Notes under the pieces: generated by a model
Databases searched by the model: none
The model's input: only the letters and a program-made list of their open reading frames with translations
What the model was told of the DNA's origin: nothing
Made by a program: the position numbers and the translations under genes
In this document: positions 38,143 through 47,149 of the stretch, piece after piece
Layout: each line of letters starts with the position of its first letter
Numbering within the stretch: position 1 is the stretch's first letter
Virus record (IMG/VR): IMGVR_UViG_3300033153_007345
Location: 1 to 54,173 of that record
Length of the DNA: 54,173 bases
Origin: a virus
Taxonomy: Duplodnaviria > Caudoviricetes
Reading direction: 5' to 3' (one strand)

Positions 38143-38362
38143 GTTTCTCTGTTCCTTTCATTGTTTTAGTAGTGCTTTTAGTCGAAGCCCCCGTTTCTAG
38201 GGCGTTTTCCAGTAGGGTTTGTAAGTCACTACGGGAATCTATGTACTCGTAAAAAGCAACGTACATGAGCTCGCCCTTACTTTGCTGAGTCAAAGCAGCA
38301 GCCACCGTCAGCCTCTTGTCTGTACTCGGATCAATGCGCATGTTGAATTGCTTACTCTTCAT
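38129..38362 (-). CDS. Ribbon-helix-helix protein, probably on a leaderless mRNA
   Basis: KQFNMRIDPSTDKRLTVAAALTQQSKGELM; no SD; promoter immediately upstream. Confidence 0.7.
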   Translation of the reverse strand: MKSKQFNMRIDPSTDKRLTVAAALTQQSKGELMYVAFYEYIDSRSDLQTLLENALETGASTKSTTKTMKGTEKREGL

Positions 38363-38369
38363 ATTCTAC

Positions 38370-38398
38370 AATGTATATCCAGATATACATGCTGTAAA
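38370..38398 (-). promoter_or_regulatory. sigma70-type promoter overlapped by a perfect palindromic operator
   Basis: Minus strand TTTACA-N17-TACATT ending 7 nt before ATG 38362; ATGTATATC-CA-GATATACAT at 38371-38390. Confidence 0.65.
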
Positions 38399-38408
38399 GT
38401 AGATTTTA

Positions 38409-38601
38409 GGGTAAGCGCCAGTAGGTGAAGTGATATTCTGGACTCGGGCGAGGCTACATAGTCCTAGGTGTAGCTGGACTGATCAACCTAGCGAGTTTTA
38501 ACTGCGGCTCGCTCCCTGCAAATAGCTAACCCCACCACAATGGCAGGGCTAGCTAAACTTGCATGATCCCCCGGATCGCGCTCGGCCCCACGAGTTTACC
38601 C
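38409..38601 (+). ncRNA. Putative multi-hairpin structured RNA or ssDNA element
   Basis: Closing stems GGGTAAG/TTTACCC and ACTCG/CGAGT enclose four hairpins; G-U pairs favour the + strand. Confidence 0.5.
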
Positions 38602-38669
38602 CAGCTCTCTCCCAAAGTTCCCCCAAAAGTATCATGATTAATATTTAAGCAGCTGGCAAATCAGGCGCA

Positions 38670-39080
38670 GGACACCAGGACAGAAGTGGGGGGTTTCCCC
38701 ATAGGGTTATATTTTTACTCCCCCCAGTGTGTGTGTGTGTATTATATATAATGTTCCTCTACTATGTAAAAAATGCTGTCCTCCTGTCCTATATCCTTCC
38801 AAAAAAATGAAATCATTGACAAAATTGGAGGACTGCATTTTTTTATTTGATGTCCACAGGACTGCATTTTGCTGTCCCAAACAGGTAAAAAGCGTGGATA
38901 ATGACGAAATGCTCAAAAACTATGCAAACCCTGTGTATAACTTTATTTTCAAACTGTTTGGAAAAACAGTGATATTGCTGTCCCTGCTGTCCTGCTGTCC
39001 ACACTCCTGGTCTTTCAAACAGTGTGGAAAAAGACGATATTGCTGTCCCTGCTGTCACATTTTCGAAGTTATCCACAGCC
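38670..39080. other. Putative replication origin: iterons plus DnaA boxes
   Basis: TGCTGTCC at 38774, 38870, 38976, 38985, 38993 and 39041; TTATCCACA 39069, TGTGTATAA 38932, CGTGGATAA 38893; AT-rich; next to the primase-helicase. Confidence 0.7.
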
Positions 39081-39173
39081 CCCGCACCGTGAAAACCGCA
39101 TTATTTTGTCACCACAGCCTGGTATTTTGTAGAGATTAGTGTTCTGGATTTTAGAGAAGATGATGCTCTAGAC

Positions 39174-39209
39174 AAAGAAAAGGCTGGCGAGAGGAGCCCC
39201 CCGCCAGCC
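39174..39209 (-). terminator. Terminator of the primase gene
   Basis: GGCTGGCG / CGCCAGCC stem with a T tract on the minus strand. Confidence 0.8.
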
Positions 39210-39221
39210 AACCACAACCTG

Positions 39222-41579
39222 CTATCCAAAAGTCTGAATACTCACTCCTTGCAAGCCTCGTACTCTCTTCTGATTCACCACGGGTCTTTTGTAGCGTCTC
39301 TCGTACCCCGGCACAAGTTTCCTGAGTGTCTTCGCAAACTTCTGCATGGTGACTGGGTACCCGCCGTCTGACTGTACCTCAAACTTGTAGTTGTCATACA
39401 TGGTGCGCATTGGTGTGAAGTTCTCATCATAGCCTCCATTGGTATGAACAGTCATATTCTCCCCAAACCATCTGAAAACGGTATCGTTATCCAGCCTGTA
39501 GTCCTCCAGCGCATCGTCAATCTGTGCAGATGTAGAGAATTTCTGCTGCTTAATGAGGCGCTGGTATCCCGCCATCACCAGATTGAATATGCCACTGAGC
39601 TCCTTCTTCAGCTTCAGCCCTATATGGGGATCATACCCTGGCATATCCTTGGTAAACGTGGCGTTGAAGGGCACGACGATGAGCCGTCTCCAGTACCCGT
39701 AGCTAGTATCTGTTGATCCCGGCAGCTCGTTAGCCGAGAAGATGAGCTTGGCTAGAGATTTGAAGAAGTAGGGCTCCTTGTAGGGTGCCCGAGCCTGCAC
39801 CTCGTCTCCCGTAGCGAGTGACTTGAAGAGACTGTTATCTGCCATGGCTTTGGTGGGGGTTTCCTCAGAGATATTGAACAGCTTTCCATCAAGCCCCTGG
39901 CGATTGTACTCTGATTCGTTGAGCTGCTTCATGGCGTAGCTGGTGTAGTTGCCGTACCCAGCCAATTCTCTGAGAATGTCCAAGAGCGTGGATTTACCGT
40001 TGGCTCCGTCTCCGACTAAAAGTAGTGCTTTTTGTGTCCAGCAGTCATCGTTGGAGAGGGCGTACCCCATGAACTCTAGTAGTACGTTGATTCTGGCTTG
40101 GTCGTTCTCTGTGATCATTCCCAGCATCTTCTCAAACGATGGGGCCTTTGCTGTGGGATCATAGCTATATGGTAGGACGTATCGGAAGCCCATGTCTGGG
40201 TCGTGGGGCATGAAATTGTGAGACCGGACATCCAGGTATCCATTTTTGAAATTGATCTTGCCTTTGGTCCTCTCGGTCCACCAGTCCATTGTTTTCAAAT
40301 TAGACCTGGCGACCCGCGCAGCAAATTCCTTGGTCATGTTGGATCTAGCAGCTGGGTTGAAGTGGGTCTGAGCAAACTCTTCGAGACGGAGCCTCCCCAT
40401 TGACTCGTAGTGGTCCTTGCTCCAGATGTGCACCATGCCGCTGTCGTCCAGTCCTTTGTAGGTAGTGTCCCTGGCAAAGAACCTGGCGAGGTCTTCGTAG
40501 TTGGGGGTTGGCTTGCCTTTCCCAGTAAACGGCTGGTTATGGAAACCAGTATGTTCGGTGGGGATGGCGTCCTTTCCTCTGAGGAGGATGGGTGAGGAGA
40601 CTTTGTCCTTGTTGTCGCATTGTCCACAACCTGTCCACATGCTGTTGATATTGTCGCAAGTCCTTGGGCCGCTTGACTCCAGGGCTTGTTCAATTTTTTG
40701 GTCAGTCTCGTCTGGGTCGTAGCCCTTGTAGCCCTTGGATAGCTCATGGGACCACTCGTACCCATCCTTGGTTGACTCGTCGTTCATCCTGCCTGTGATC
40801 GACAGAGCGGCATACCACTGGTGTTCTGAGATCTCATTGGGCCTCGTCTTGCAATGCTTCAGGAAATCACACCCATCCATAATGGCTGTGGAGTCAACCC
40901 TGGGGTATTTCGCAAGAACCCTGATGTTCAGCTGAGCGGTCTCAGATATGTCGGGGAGGCCGCTGATAGTCTTGAGGTTGAATTCGAGGGGGGTTATGTT
41001 ACTCTGCATCAGTTCCGAGAGGACGTCTACTTTACTGGGCTTTCGGTTGATGGTACGTGGTAAGCGCAAGATGCGGCGGGGTTCAAATATCGTCGTGTCT
41101 GTGCTTCCTATCAGCCCCGCATCGAACATCGCCTTGTTGATCTGGGTGCAGACAGCTTTGTAGTGTGGTTTCAGGGATTTGAATTCTTCCTTGGATGTGA
41201 TGGGGGTTTTGATCCCGATAAGAAAGTGGAGACCATGACCGCTACTGACAATACCCACCTCGGAGCGTGATAGTTTAAGGCGAGATAGTATAACTTCAAT
41301 GTAGCTTTCGAGATACTTCTTGTTGATGCCGTCGATATCAAAGGCGATGACCGAGAGGCTGTCAAACTCTCTTTTCCCCTCTTTGCAATTGGCCAGCGTA
41401 TAGAATAGGTTCCACCTGTCTTGCTCCGGTATTTTTTGTAGTACCCCATCCAAGTTATGGAAAAGATCGGGCACTGACTTCGCTCTCCAATATTTCTCGT
41501 GAAACGCATCATAGGTTATCTCCTTGCCATCTTTTGAATCTTTGGGGATAAACTTCCGTAAGCCTAGAATCTGGATCAT
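39222..41579 (-). CDS. Primase-helicase (AEP-like N-terminal domain, PriCT, P4/D5-type SF3 helicase)
   Basis: FDID, SGHGLH, RILRLP; GDGANGKST Walker A; LIFSAN and WRRLIVVPF. Confidence 0.92.
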   Translation of the reverse strand: MIQILGLRKFIPKDSKDGKEITYDAFHEKYWRAKSVPDLFHNLDGVLQKIPEQDRWNLFYTLANCKEGKREFDSLSVIAFDIDGINKKYLESYIEVILSRLKLSRSEVGIVSSGHGLHFLIGIKTPITSKEEFKSLKPHYKAVCTQINKAMFDAGLIGSTDTTIFEPRRILRLPRTINRKPSKVDVLSELMQSNITPLEFNLKTISGLPDISETAQLNIRVLAKYPRVDSTAIMDGCDFLKHCKTRPNEISEHQWYAALSITGRMNDESTKDGYEWSHELSKGYKGYDPDETDQKIEQALESSGPRTCDNINSMWTGCGQCDNKDKVSSPILLRGKDAIPTEHTGFHNQPFTGKGKPTPNYEDLARFFARDTTYKGLDDSGMVHIWSKDHYESMGRLRLEEFAQTHFNPAARSNMTKEFAARVARSNLKTMDWWTERTKGKINFKNGYLDVRSHNFMPHDPDMGFRYVLPYSYDPTAKAPSFEKMLGMITENDQARINVLLEFMGYALSNDDCWTQKALLLVGDGANGKSTLLDILRELAGYGNYTSYAMKQLNESEYNRQGLDGKLFNISEETPTKAMADNSLFKSLATGDEVQARAPYKEPYFFKSLAKLIFSANELPGSTDTSYGYWRRLIVVPFNATFTKDMPGYDPHIGLKLKKELSGIFNLVMAGYQRLIKQQKFSTSAQIDDALEDYRLDNDTVFRWFGENMTVHTNGGYDENFTPMRTMYDNYKFEVQSDGGYPVTMQKFAKTLRKLVPGYERRYKRPVVNQKRVRGLQGVSIQTFG

Positions 41580-41742
41580 GTAGCTTTACTCCTATGCTAG
41601 CAGTTATGATTGTGGGATATCAGTGTTGACCAAAAACGTGGTATATGTCAAGCAGAAGAAAAGTGCTTGCACACCTCTAGGCAGCATGCTACCAATGTGC
41701 CTGGTGCTTGGCACTGTGTAACAAAGTTTTAGGAGACATGTT

Positions 41743-41976
41743 GTGACGGACAAAACCCCAGATAATCTACTCTACCCAAGAATGGCTAAAATGGCAGAAG
41801 GATACGGGATTAACCACGTGCTGGTTTCTTGCGGGATGCTTTTGAAACATGCCGTACTCCACGTACCTCCTCCCCATGTGCGAGGAGCCATCGAGTTCAT
41901 CCACCAAGTAGCCAATGACGTAAAAAGTGAATACGAGCGCAAGTATCAAATCAGTCTAGATGAGGATAGTGAATGA
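41743..41976 (+). CDS. Hypothetical protein
   Basis: AGGAG SD; first gene of the rightward operon. Confidence 0.6.
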   Translation: MTDKTPDNLLYPRMAKMAEGYGINHVLVSCGMLLKHAVLHVPPPHVRGAIEFIHQVANDVKSEYERKYQISLDEDSE

Positions 41977-42260
41977 AAAAGATATATCTCGACGCAATCA
42001 GCACGTTCGGAGTGGAGGCGCAGCTTAACCAAGTCAAAGAAGAAGCTGCTGAGTTGATTGTAGCCGTATCGCACTACCAAAGAGAGCGGATAGGGCTTGT
42101 AGAGATCGCAGACGAGATAGCCGATGTAACAATCATGTTAGAGCAGCTGGTGTTGCTTCTGGATGCTGAGCAGCTGGTGGGATCTATAAAGATTATCAAG
42201 TTAGACAGGCTACGTGAGTCAGTCGATAAGCACAGAGGAGAGAAAGATGGATACGAATGA
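41973..42260 (+). CDS. MazG-like nucleotide pyrophosphohydrolase
   Basis: EEAAEL...EIADEIADV acidic helix motifs. Confidence 0.8.
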   Translation: MKKIYLDAISTFGVEAQLNQVKEEAAELIVAVSHYQRERIGLVEIADEIADVTIMLEQLVLLLDAEQLVGSIKIIKLDRLRESVDKHRGEKDGYE

Positions 42261-42528
42261 ATGGCTGCGGAAACTCCAGGATCAACAAGCACTAATTCGG
42301 ATGTTTCAATCAGCAGTCAAAAGTAAGTGGAAGAATGACATGCCAAAGCAACTTATAGAACCGATGGAGATGGCGGAAAAGATGCTTGAACCCAAGGAGG
42401 AACCAGTCCTAATACCACTTAGTAACGCTGCTGGGATGTGGGTAGAGACGGATGACCCCGACCCATGTGACCGCCACTACGATGCTTACGTAGACAGAAA
42501 GCTGGAAGAGAGTGCATGCATATTATGA
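42247..42528 (+). CDS. Hypothetical protein
   Basis: GAGGAG SD before ATG 42247. Confidence 0.6.
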   Translation: MDTNEWLRKLQDQQALIRMFQSAVKSKWKNDMPKQLIEPMEMAEKMLEPKEEPVLIPLSNAAGMWVETDDPDPCDRHYDAYVDRKLEESACIL

Positions 42529-42686
42529 ATATGGATTTTGTGGAGATATGGACTGTATCAGCTACAGGGGTGGTCGTGTACGCACTACTGGTTGAGAGCG
42601 ATAAGTTCAAGCATAAACTCCTGGGAATAACAGGTTTTATAGTAATGGTTGGTGTGCCCTTCGGAAGAGTGTGGGGCTGGTGGTAA
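42525..42686 (+). CDS. Small two-TM membrane protein (53 aa)
   Basis: ATGA-coupled; MNMDFVEIWTVSATGVVVYALLV...LLGITGFIVMVGVPFGRVWGWW*. Confidence 0.6.
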   Translation: MNMDFVEIWTVSATGVVVYALLVESDKFKHKLLGITGFIVMVGVPFGRVWGWW

Positions 42687-43006
42687 TACTACTGGGATGT
42701 AGGAGGAAGCTAATGAGTGAGATTGAAAGAAAAATAAGGATTGAGCTAGAGCCTTGGGAAGTGGCCAAGGGGTTCTGCGACCTGAATAACGACCAACAGG
42801 CTATGTTCTTCAATGAGGTATTTCGAATAACATCGCAGTGGGGTCCAGGAGGGTTTCCTAAACAACTTGGAATGGTACGCACCAGCACCAACATAGCGCC
42901 AGGGGGTTTGAGTATTATGAGAGAAATAGGAGAGTATGGGAATGACGAGAGAGAAGCTTGAAGTAGTTGTAATGCCTCTCGGAAGAGTGTGGGGCTGGTG
43001 GTAATA
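42661..43006. repeat. 28-bp direct repeat pair (42661-42688, 42979-43006)
   Basis: TCGGAAGAGTGTGGGGCTGGTGGTAATA occurs exactly twice. Confidence 0.9.
42713..42961 (+). CDS. Hypothetical protein
   Basis: AGGAGG SD before ATG 42713. Confidence 0.7.
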   Translation: MSEIERKIRIELEPWEVAKGFCDLNNDQQAMFFNEVFRITSQWGPGGFPKQLGMVRTSTNIAPGGLSIMREIGEYGNDEREA

Positions 43007-43026
43007 ATTTTTTGTAAGGAGAAGAC

Positions 43027-43230
43027 ATGGAAGCAGTAGAAACAGTGGAAACAGAAGCAAACAACAAGAACTACAAGCACAACTACTATGTAGTTAATGT
43101 TGTGGAGGAGCTTACCGGGAAGCGGGAAGCGGAGAAGTGGATCAACGAATATGTCTTGCCTGAGAACACGATCATCATCAAAGGCAGAGAGATCGAGACT
43201 ACCGAGAAAGTAACAAAAGTCTTGAACTAA
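43027..43230 (+). CDS. Hypothetical protein
   Basis: TAAGGAG SD. Confidence 0.7.
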   Translation: MEAVETVETEANNKNYKHNYYVVNVVEELTGKREAEKWINEYVLPENTIIIKGREIETTEKVTKVLN

Positions 43231-43238
43231 CATTTTTT

Positions 43239-43271
43239 AAGAACAGCTGGTGTACGCCAGCTGTTCTTTTT
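43239..43271 (+). terminator. Rho-independent terminator
   Basis: AAGAACAGCTGG-TGTACG-CCAGCTGTTCTT followed by T tract. Confidence 0.8.
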
Positions 43272-43283
43272 GGGGGGCAGGAA

Positions 43284-43523
43284 ATGATCAGTGATGCGCG
43301 GATCAAAGAGATTGAAGAGGACATGTTTGAGACTATTGACTGGAGAGATAGTGCTGCCAGCAATGTTATGAGTGAGCTACTAGAAGAACGCAAGCAGCTA
43401 GTGGCGATTGCTGAGGCTGCTGAAGATTTCGGTCGAGTGTGGGCGGAAGGTACCGACGCAGGAATGGAACGCAGCAGAACGCTACGGGCTTTGAAAGCTT
43501 GGAAGAACGAGGAGGCAAAATGA
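43284..43523 (+). CDS. Hypothetical protein, paralog of the next gene
   Basis: MISDARIKEIEE...ELLEERKQL. Confidence 0.65.
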   Translation: MISDARIKEIEEDMFETIDWRDSAASNVMSELLEERKQLVAIAEAAEDFGRVWAEGTDAGMERSRTLRALKAWKNEEAK

Positions 43524-43771
43524 TTAGTAGAGATAGGCTAGAAAGTATTGATGAGACTATGCGTCGGTACGCTAGCCACAATCATTATGACGTGCATATC
43601 TTGCTTGCGATAGTCAAAGACCTATTGGCCGAGCGCCGGGGGTTGATAGATAGAGGAGATGGGTTCAAAAAGTCATCCGCAACATGGCAGAGCAATTACC
43701 AGAAGCTAAAAAATATGGTTGAACAGCATATTGAAAAGGGTAAGGGCGAGATGATGGAGCAAGGAAAATGA
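43520..43771 (+). CDS. Hypothetical protein, paralog of the previous gene
   Basis: MISRDRLESIDE...DLLAERRGL; GGAGG SD, ATGA overlap. Confidence 0.65.
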   Translation: MISRDRLESIDETMRRYASHNHYDVHILLAIVKDLLAERRGLIDRGDGFKKSSATWQSNYQKLKNMVEQHIEKGKGEMMEQGK

Positions 43772-46035
43772 AATACCTCGTAACCCCATGGGCACACCAG
43801 CTGAAGTCAATAGAGAAGGCAGCTACCATGCCTAACTATGCGCTGTTTTTTGAAATGGGGTGCCTGTCCAGAGACACTAAAATAAAAGCAAATATTAATG
43901 GATGCTCCAGAGAGTACACCATTGAAGAGTTCTACAGGAAATGGAATAAAGTTGAGCTTAGCGAAAGAGAGAACGGGTTTTCGGGAGTTGCTAGAATCAG
44001 AGCATGGAAAGAAGACCATGTAGGGCTGCATAAAATAGTGGGCGTTATAAGGTCAGGCGAGAAAGAAGTATATGCATTAAAAGTTAAAGGACAACCTAGG
44101 CTTAAGCTAACAAAGGATCATCGTATCCTCACAAAAAGAGGATGGGTTGAGGCGGGGGATCTGCTTGAGGATGACCAGATAGCTTGTGATAGAACAACCA
44201 AGCACCAAAAAAAGAAAACCAAGGTTCAGGGGAGAAAACCTAGATACAACTACCTTCAAATAGGCAAACACCACCCCTATGGGCACAACACCACGGGTTA
44301 TAAAGGTAAGTCCATACGCAGAATCGAGAAGCACAGAGCCATATATGAAGCCAATCTAAATAAGAAAACTTTAGTGGAGTTTCAAGAAGCTACAAAAAAC
44401 AAACTAGCAGCTAGTAAACTGGAGTTTGTAGACCCAGGTAAATATCATATCCACCATGTTGACCATGACCACAAGAATAATGACGTAAGCAACCTTGCAA
44501 AACTATCAGCTAAAGATCATTTGTCCATGCACAGCAAGGGTTATGTAAATTTCTCCCATGGTACATTAAGCTGGGCACGTATGGAGTCTTTCAAAAAAGT
44601 AGGCGTAGAAATGACCTACGATATATCGTGCGCTTCTCCTTACCATAATTTTGTGGCTAATGGAATTGTAGTTCACAACTGTGGCAAGACGGCTACTGCC
44701 ATCAACATACTGAGGAAGAAGTACTACGAGCATGGCCGCATCCTAAGAACCCTGGTGCTATGCCCACCCGTCGTTAGGACAAACTGGAAGCGTGAGTTTG
44801 CCATGCACGCATCGGGTAAGGTAGCAAAGCACAGCGTGGTACTAGAGGGCAGCGGAGTGAAGCGAGCAGCTACTTTTGACAAGCATGCATTCAGTCCACT
44901 GGAGGGCAAGTTGAATGCGATATTTATTACCAACTACGAATCCCTGACCATGGAAAAACTGTGGCGGCTTCTGAAGCTATGGGGACCGGAGGCGATTGTA
45001 TTCGATGAGTCACACAAGCTCAAAAATTATAAGACCAAACGTACCAAGTTGGCGACGGAGCTCGCGGATCAAGCAGCGTGTAAGCTCATCCTTACGGGGA
45101 CACCCATACTCAACAGCCCTATGGATATTTGGAGCCAGTATCGTATTCTCGATGGTGGTGAAACATTTGACCGCAACTTCTTCGCCTTCCGAGCCAGGTA
45201 CTTCGTAGACAGAAACGCCGGGATGCCAAAACAGAAGTACTTCCCTGACTGGCGTCCAATTCAAGGGCTCGGCGGGATACTCCACGCCAAGATCTATAAG
45301 AAGGCTGCTCGGGTACTCAAGAGCGAGTGCCTAGACCTCCCTCCGCTTGTCAGAAAGCGTATCGAGGTGGAGATGTCAGCCGACCAGAAGAAGCTCTATA
45401 CGGACATGGCTAAGAGCTACATCGCCTATCTGAATGACAAGGCATGCGTTGCCACTATCGCTCTGACTCGGGGCCTCCGTCTCCAGCAGATAATCAGTGG
45501 GTTCTTCGTTGACGATGAGGACAATACCCATGAATTCAGAAGTAACCAACGGCTGGATACCCTCATCGACCTGGTGGAGCAACTCGTTGACGAGCATAAG
45601 ATAATCATTTGGGCGTCGTTCAAAGTGAATTACACACAGATCGCCGCCAAACTCAAGGCCCTTTTTGAAAAAAATAGAAAGACCTATGAGATATGCCAGC
45701 TGACTGGTGGGATGACAGACAAAGCCAGGCAGACATCCATCGACAAATTCCAAGAAGACCACACCCATAGGGTCATGATCGCAAATCAACAAGCAGGTGG
45801 GGTAGGCGTGAATCTGACAGCTGCTAGCTACGCGCTGTATTACTCCAGGTCTTTTTCTTTGGAGGCTGACCTTCAGTCTGAGGCACGTAATCATAGAGGG
45901 GGCAGTCAGCAGCACAAGTCTATTACCAGAGTAGACCTGGTGGTCAAAGATACTATAGACGATGTGATTCTGGGGGCTCTTGCTCGGAAAGAGAACCTCG
46001 CCAACGACATACTGAGACTGAGGGAGTTACTGTAG
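43768..46035 (+). CDS. SNF2-family helicase containing an intein
   Basis: EMG|CGKT Walker A after splicing; TNYE, DESH, LTGTP and GVGVNL motifs. Confidence 0.93.
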   Translation: MKYLVTPWAHQLKSIEKAATMPNYALFFEMGCLSRDTKIKANINGCSREYTIEEFYRKWNKVELSERENGFSGVARIRAWKEDHVGLHKIVGVIRSGEKEVYALKVKGQPRLKLTKDHRILTKRGWVEAGDLLEDDQIACDRTTKHQKKKTKVQGRKPRYNYLQIGKHHPYGHNTTGYKGKSIRRIEKHRAIYEANLNKKTLVEFQEATKNKLAASKLEFVDPGKYHIHHVDHDHKNNDVSNLAKLSAKDHLSMHSKGYVNFSHGTLSWARMESFKKVGVEMTYDISCASPYHNFVANGIVVHNCGKTATAINILRKKYYEHGRILRTLVLCPPVVRTNWKREFAMHASGKVAKHSVVLEGSGVKRAATFDKHAFSPLEGKLNAIFITNYESLTMEKLWRLLKLWGPEAIVFDESHKLKNYKTKRTKLATELADQAACKLILTGTPILNSPMDIWSQYRILDGGETFDRNFFAFRARYFVDRNAGMPKQKYFPDWRPIQGLGGILHAKIYKKAARVLKSECLDLPPLVRKRIEVEMSADQKKLYTDMAKSYIAYLNDKACVATIALTRGLRLQQIISGFFVDDEDNTHEFRSNQRLDTLIDLVEQLVDEHKIIIWASFKVNYTQIAAKLKALFEKNRKTYEICQLTGGMTDKARQTSIDKFQEDHTHRVMIANQQAGGVGVNLTAASYALYYSRSFSLEADLQSEARNHRGGSQQHKSITRVDLVVKDTIDDVILGALARKENLANDILRLRELL
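43861..44679 (+). mobile_element. Intein (273 aa) with HNH homing endonuclease
   Basis: N-terminal CLSRDTKI, block B LTKDHRILT, C-terminal YDIS...HNFVANGIVVHN followed by Cys; HIHHVDHDHKNNDVSNL. Confidence 0.93.
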
Positions 46036-46340
46036 TGCTTGATTTTAGACTTGAGACTTTGAAAAAGACCATGTTCAAAAGTGGCAAGGGAGACTGGAAG
46101 GGCAAGGAGCCATGGGAGCGTAGAGCGATCCTTTGGAAGCTGACAGCCATGGCTCTCTATGCCAAGCGTGACGCGGAGGTGATGGACGAGCACTACAAGG
46201 TGATGATGCGTGCGGACCAGCACCGAGCACCGACAGATAAGGAGATGCTACAAATTGCAGGCTTCTTGCAGGCATTTATTCTGAAGAACCAAGAGAAGAC
46301 GGATGTGAAAGTCAGTAAGGAGGACAAGGTTGAGGAGTAG
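46035..46340 (+). CDS. Hypothetical protein
   Basis: GGGAG SD, GTG start overlapping the helicase stop. Confidence 0.6.
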   Translation: MLDFRLETLKKTMFKSGKGDWKGKEPWERRAILWKLTAMALYAKRDAEVMDEHYKVMMRADQHRAPTDKEMLQIAGFLQAFILKNQEKTDVKVSKEDKVEE

Positions 46341-46548
46341 ATTTACTGCGCACACATTAGAAGATAAGCAAGATGCTTGGGCCGACGTAAAAAAGTACGG
46401 TGGCTTGTATGTCACAGAGTGGATACCGCGCAGGAGTGGCGGCGTGAAAGCCACGCTTAAATGGTTGCCTTTCAAGAAAAGAGATCTTTGGTCTAAGAAG
46501 GTCAACGCATGGCGAGATGAAATGGAAGAGAGGTACGGGGATGATTGA
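46330..46548 (+). CDS. Hypothetical protein
   Basis: AAGGAGG SD, TTG start. Confidence 0.55.
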   Translation: MRSRFTAHTLEDKQDAWADVKKYGGLYVTEWIPRRSGGVKATLKWLPFKKRDLWSKKVNAWRDEMEERYGDD

Positions 46549-46711
46549 AAAACTGGTGATACCAATACTGCAAAGCATATTTATATTTCTGCTTAGTTTC
46601 CTTGTTTCATTGATAATTTTCAGAATGGTTTTTCCAAGAGAGCTTACATTTACGAAAGCAGAATGCCAGGAAATTGCAGAAGATGTACTAGAGGAACTAC
46701 ACGATGACTAA
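46541..46711 (+). CDS. Small single-pass membrane protein
   Basis: ATG 46541; LVIPILQSIFIFLLSFLVSLIIF. Confidence 0.6.
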   Translation: MIEKLVIPILQSIFIFLLSFLVSLIIFRMVFPRELTFTKAECQEIAEDVLEELHDD

Positions 46712-46946
46712 AGAGGACTACGCTAGGTTCAAAAGCCTCTCTGTTTCTATACCCAAAAGAGGCATGGAGCTGGCCGACTATATGTTCCTTGGCGATAAGC
46801 TTCCAGAGGTGGTTGAGATGGTGGAGAAGCTGACAGAGGTAGTAAGCTCCCTCAAGTATAAGAATGAATTCGATTGTACAATTGTAGAGGCTAATTCATG
46901 GGAACGAATGCAAGATGTGTTTAGAGAGGTTTGGGGGGCTGAGTGA
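46704..46946 (+). CDS. Hypothetical protein
   Basis: GAGG SD; operon packing. Confidence 0.6.
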   Translation: MTKEDYARFKSLSVSIPKRGMELADYMFLGDKLPEVVEMVEKLTEVVSSLKYKNEFDCTIVEANSWERMQDVFREVWGAE

Positions 46947-47149
46947 TAAAGTGCACTTTTGATTTCGCTAAAGAGCATGGAAAGATGGAAGCAACCATTG
47001 ACATTGCATTAGGGTATTTGGACAGAACCAATGCTGTGAAACATCCGGAAACAAGCGCTATGTTGATTGACCTGGCAAGGGATATGTTACGCAAAACGCA
47101 GAAAGAGATAGCAAAGGGGAGAAGTGATGAGAAGAAGAGTTTGGGTTGA
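46943..47149 (+). CDS. Hypothetical protein
   Basis: GTGA overlap with the upstream gene. Confidence 0.55.
   Translation: MIKCTFDFAKEHGKMEATIDIALGYLDRTNAVKHPETSAMLIDLARDMLRKTQKEIAKGRSDEKKSLG

Noticed and set aside
38707-39139. ORFs across the origin region
   Set aside because: Their CCP repeats merely translate the TGCTGTCC iterons; no SD
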